A DNA stretch of 64,000 bases from contig MFEY01000007.1 of the NCBI GenBank assembly GCA_001780035.1, positions 331,146 through 395,145 on the forward strand, given 5' to 3'. A program made the translations under genes and the position numbers. Below the pieces are notes generated by a model. That model was not told where the DNA came from, made no database searches, and saw only the letters and a program-made list of their open reading frames with translations. Shown here in pieces: positions 62,611-64,000 of the stretch. Position 1 is the stretch's first letter. Each line of letters starts with the position of its first letter. This DNA is from Candidatus Doudnabacteria bacterium RIFCSPHIGHO2_12_FULL_48_16 (GTDB lineage: Bacteria; Patescibacteriota; Doudnabacteria; UBA920; O2-02-FULL-48-8).

Positions 62611-62720
62611 ATTAGAGCGGCCATAGTCCGTCAGAAGTCCGATGCGTTCTCGCATCGGCAGTCGCCAAAAGGCGACTTACTTCTAACGGGCTGAAGAGCC
62701 GTTTTTGTTTTTTGTGATAT
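62611..62720 (+). ncRNA. Candidate small RNA (three consecutive hairpins ending in an intrinsic terminator)
   Basis: Hairpins CCGATGCG-ttct-CGCATCGG and GTCGCC-aaaa-GGCGAC, then GGCT-gaag-AGCC followed by TTTTTGTTTTTTG. It contains no ORF and has its own promoter. Confidence 0.3.
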
Positions 62721-62809
62721 CATTTAGGCATTAATTGAATTGTTGCATTTTTTGCAACAGCTGAACTTACCGGAATTTCCGGGCAGTTGGGCGGTTTAGG
62801 AGGTATTTT

Positions 62810-63799
62810 ATGGAAATTCAGGAAAATAAGGGCGAAATTATCATTTATAAGGCTGAATCAGGCCCAGAACTTCAAGTTAAACTTGAAGACGAAACTATTT
62901 GGCTTAATCAAGCCGAAATTGCCAGCCTTTTTGACACTGACCGTAGTTCTATAGCAAAACACATAAAAAATCTAATAAAATCAGGGGAATTAGAAGAAAA
63001 AAGCAATGTGCAAAATTTGCACATTGCAAATTCAGACAAACCGGTTAAGTTTTATAATCTAGATTTTATCTTATCCGTTGGTTATCGAGTAAATTCAAAG
63101 AGAGCTACCCAATTCCGTATTTGGGCCACTAAACACCTTCGGGATTATCTTTTGAAAGGCTATCTTGTCAATGAAAAGCGGCTAAAAGAGAATGAGGAAA
63201 TTAAGCTCAAGGAACTCCAGGCGGCTGTGGGACTCATGCAGCAGGCGCTGGAAGTCAAAAGACTTGAAGGTTATGAGAAAGAATTACTCAATATCATTAC
63301 GGATTATGCCAATACCTGGCTGACGTTTTATCAATTTGATGCCGGTCAGTTGCCGCTTCAGGGCAGCAAGAAGTCGGCAAAGTATTTGGAATACGATCAA
63401 ATCAAAAAAGCGATTATACGATTCAAACAACGGTTGCTGAAAAACGAAGAGGCCAGCGAATTGTTTGCTCAGGAAGTTTCGGAAAAATTGCTTTCACTGC
63501 TCGGTAATATCAAGCAGAGCTTGGGCGGGCAGGATGTTTATCCGACGCTGGAAGAAAAAGCCGCCCATCTGTTATACTTCGCGGTCAAAAATCATCCGTT
63601 CGTGGACGGCAACAAGCGGATCGGAGCGCTGCTGTTTATCTTGTTTCTGGTCGAGAATAATTATCTGCACAACAAAAAAGGCGAACGCAAGATCAATGAC
63701 GCGGCGCTGACTGCCGTTACTTTGTTGGTGGCGGAATCCAAACCGCAGCAGAAAGAGGTTATGATCAAGCTGATCGTTAACTTGATCAATAAAAAATAA
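62810..63799 (+). CDS. Fic-domain protein of the RhuM family
   Basis: RhuM-like N-terminus (...ATQFRIWATKHLRDYLLKGYLVNEKRLK...) and a C-terminal Fic motif HPFVDGNKRIGALLF. Confidence 0.8.
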   Translation: MEIQENKGEIIIYKAESGPELQVKLEDETIWLNQAEIASLFDTDRSSIAKHIKNLIKSGELEEKSNVQNLHIANSDKPVKFYNLDFILSVGYRVNSKRATQFRIWATKHLRDYLLKGYLVNEKRLKENEEIKLKELQAAVGLMQQALEVKRLEGYEKELLNIITDYANTWLTFYQFDAGQLPLQGSKKSAKYLEYDQIKKAIIRFKQRLLKNEEASELFAQEVSEKLLSLLGNIKQSLGGQDVYPTLEEKAAHLLYFAVKNHPFVDGNKRIGALLFILFLVENNYLHNKKGERKINDAALTAVTLLVAESKPQQKEVMIKLIVNLINKK

Positions 63800-64000
63800 T
63801 GCCGACCCCGTTATTTAAAACCAAGACAGTAAAGATCGATACGCTCGGAGAATATTTGGCTTCTGTTCGCAACCAGTTTAATTTCGATATTAAAACTGTC
63901 AGCACCCTAACTCAGATCAAGCCGGCATACCTGGAGCATTTGGAAGCCGGAAGGTTCGCCGCTCTGCCGGCCGATGTTTACGTCCGGGGGTTTTTGAAGA
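63799..64000 (+). CDS. RodZ-like HTH (HTH_25) protein, 5' part (runs off window)
   Basis: TLGEYLASVRNQFNFDIKTVSTLTQIKPAYLEHLEAGRFAALPADVYVRGFLK matches the RodZ N-terminal HTH consensus (...RYLEALE.G.F..LP...YVRGFLR). The ATG overlaps the fic stop. Confidence 0.55.
   Translation, partial: MPTPLFKTKTVKIDTLGEYLASVRNQFNFDIKTVSTLTQIKPAYLEHLEAGRFAALPADVYVRGFLK

Noticed and set aside
1-64000. CRISPR array or cas genes
   Set aside because: No regularly spaced direct repeats of 25-40 nt and no Cas-like ORFs were seen anywhere in the window.

Overview
This 64-kb window looks like it comes from a small-genome bacterium of the Candidate Phyla Radiation / Patescibacteria type. That placement is an inference from gene content: many short ORFans, weak or absent Shine-Dalgarno sequences, five TrmB-like regulators, and every tRNA gene encoding its own CCA end.

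The window contains the chromosomal origin neighbourhood. recF, dnaN and dnaA lie on the minus strand, divergent from rpmH-rnpA-yidD-yidC-jag. Housekeeping genes present are tsaE, ruvB, ruvC, yebC, tyrS, gyrA, rpsA, infB-rbfA-nrnA, ftsK, rnhB, csaA and tadA. Cell-envelope genes are PBP1A, two O-antigen-ligase-like membrane proteins, a Mur ligase, an SLT transglycosylase, a GT28 glycosyltransferase and bactofilin. There is a NitT/TauT-type ABC transporter, a trx-ccdA-tlpA thiol-disulfide cluster, an ECF sigma/anti-sigma pair, Hsp20, a Fic/RhuM protein and a BrnT/BrnA toxin-antitoxin pair. I count 11 tRNA genes in five clusters.

The observations most worth a second look are:
- a nested/split tRNA-Cys locus (32132-32344) next to an HNH endonuclease;
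- a ~70% GC island with its own promoter, SD and terminator, encoding a disordered ORFan (19460-19950);
- a BrnTA cassette bracketed by identical 21-bp palindromes and by duplicated 3'-end fragments of jag and of an O-antigen-ligase gene (12279-13200);
- a cluster of TGTTTCACG motifs and palindromes inside or upstream of a membrane-protein gene (46050-46850);
- two tandem acidic coiled-coil ORFans that share a near-identical promoter (24616-26362);
- tRNA-associated partial duplicates with hairpin elements at tRNA-Pro (47561-47612) and tRNA-Ser (50077-50166);
- three promoter-bearing candidate small RNAs (33696-33921, 49578-49743, 62576-62720).

No CRISPR array was seen. All coordinates and folds are hand-derived from the sequence; tRNA calls are manual cloverleaf folds.
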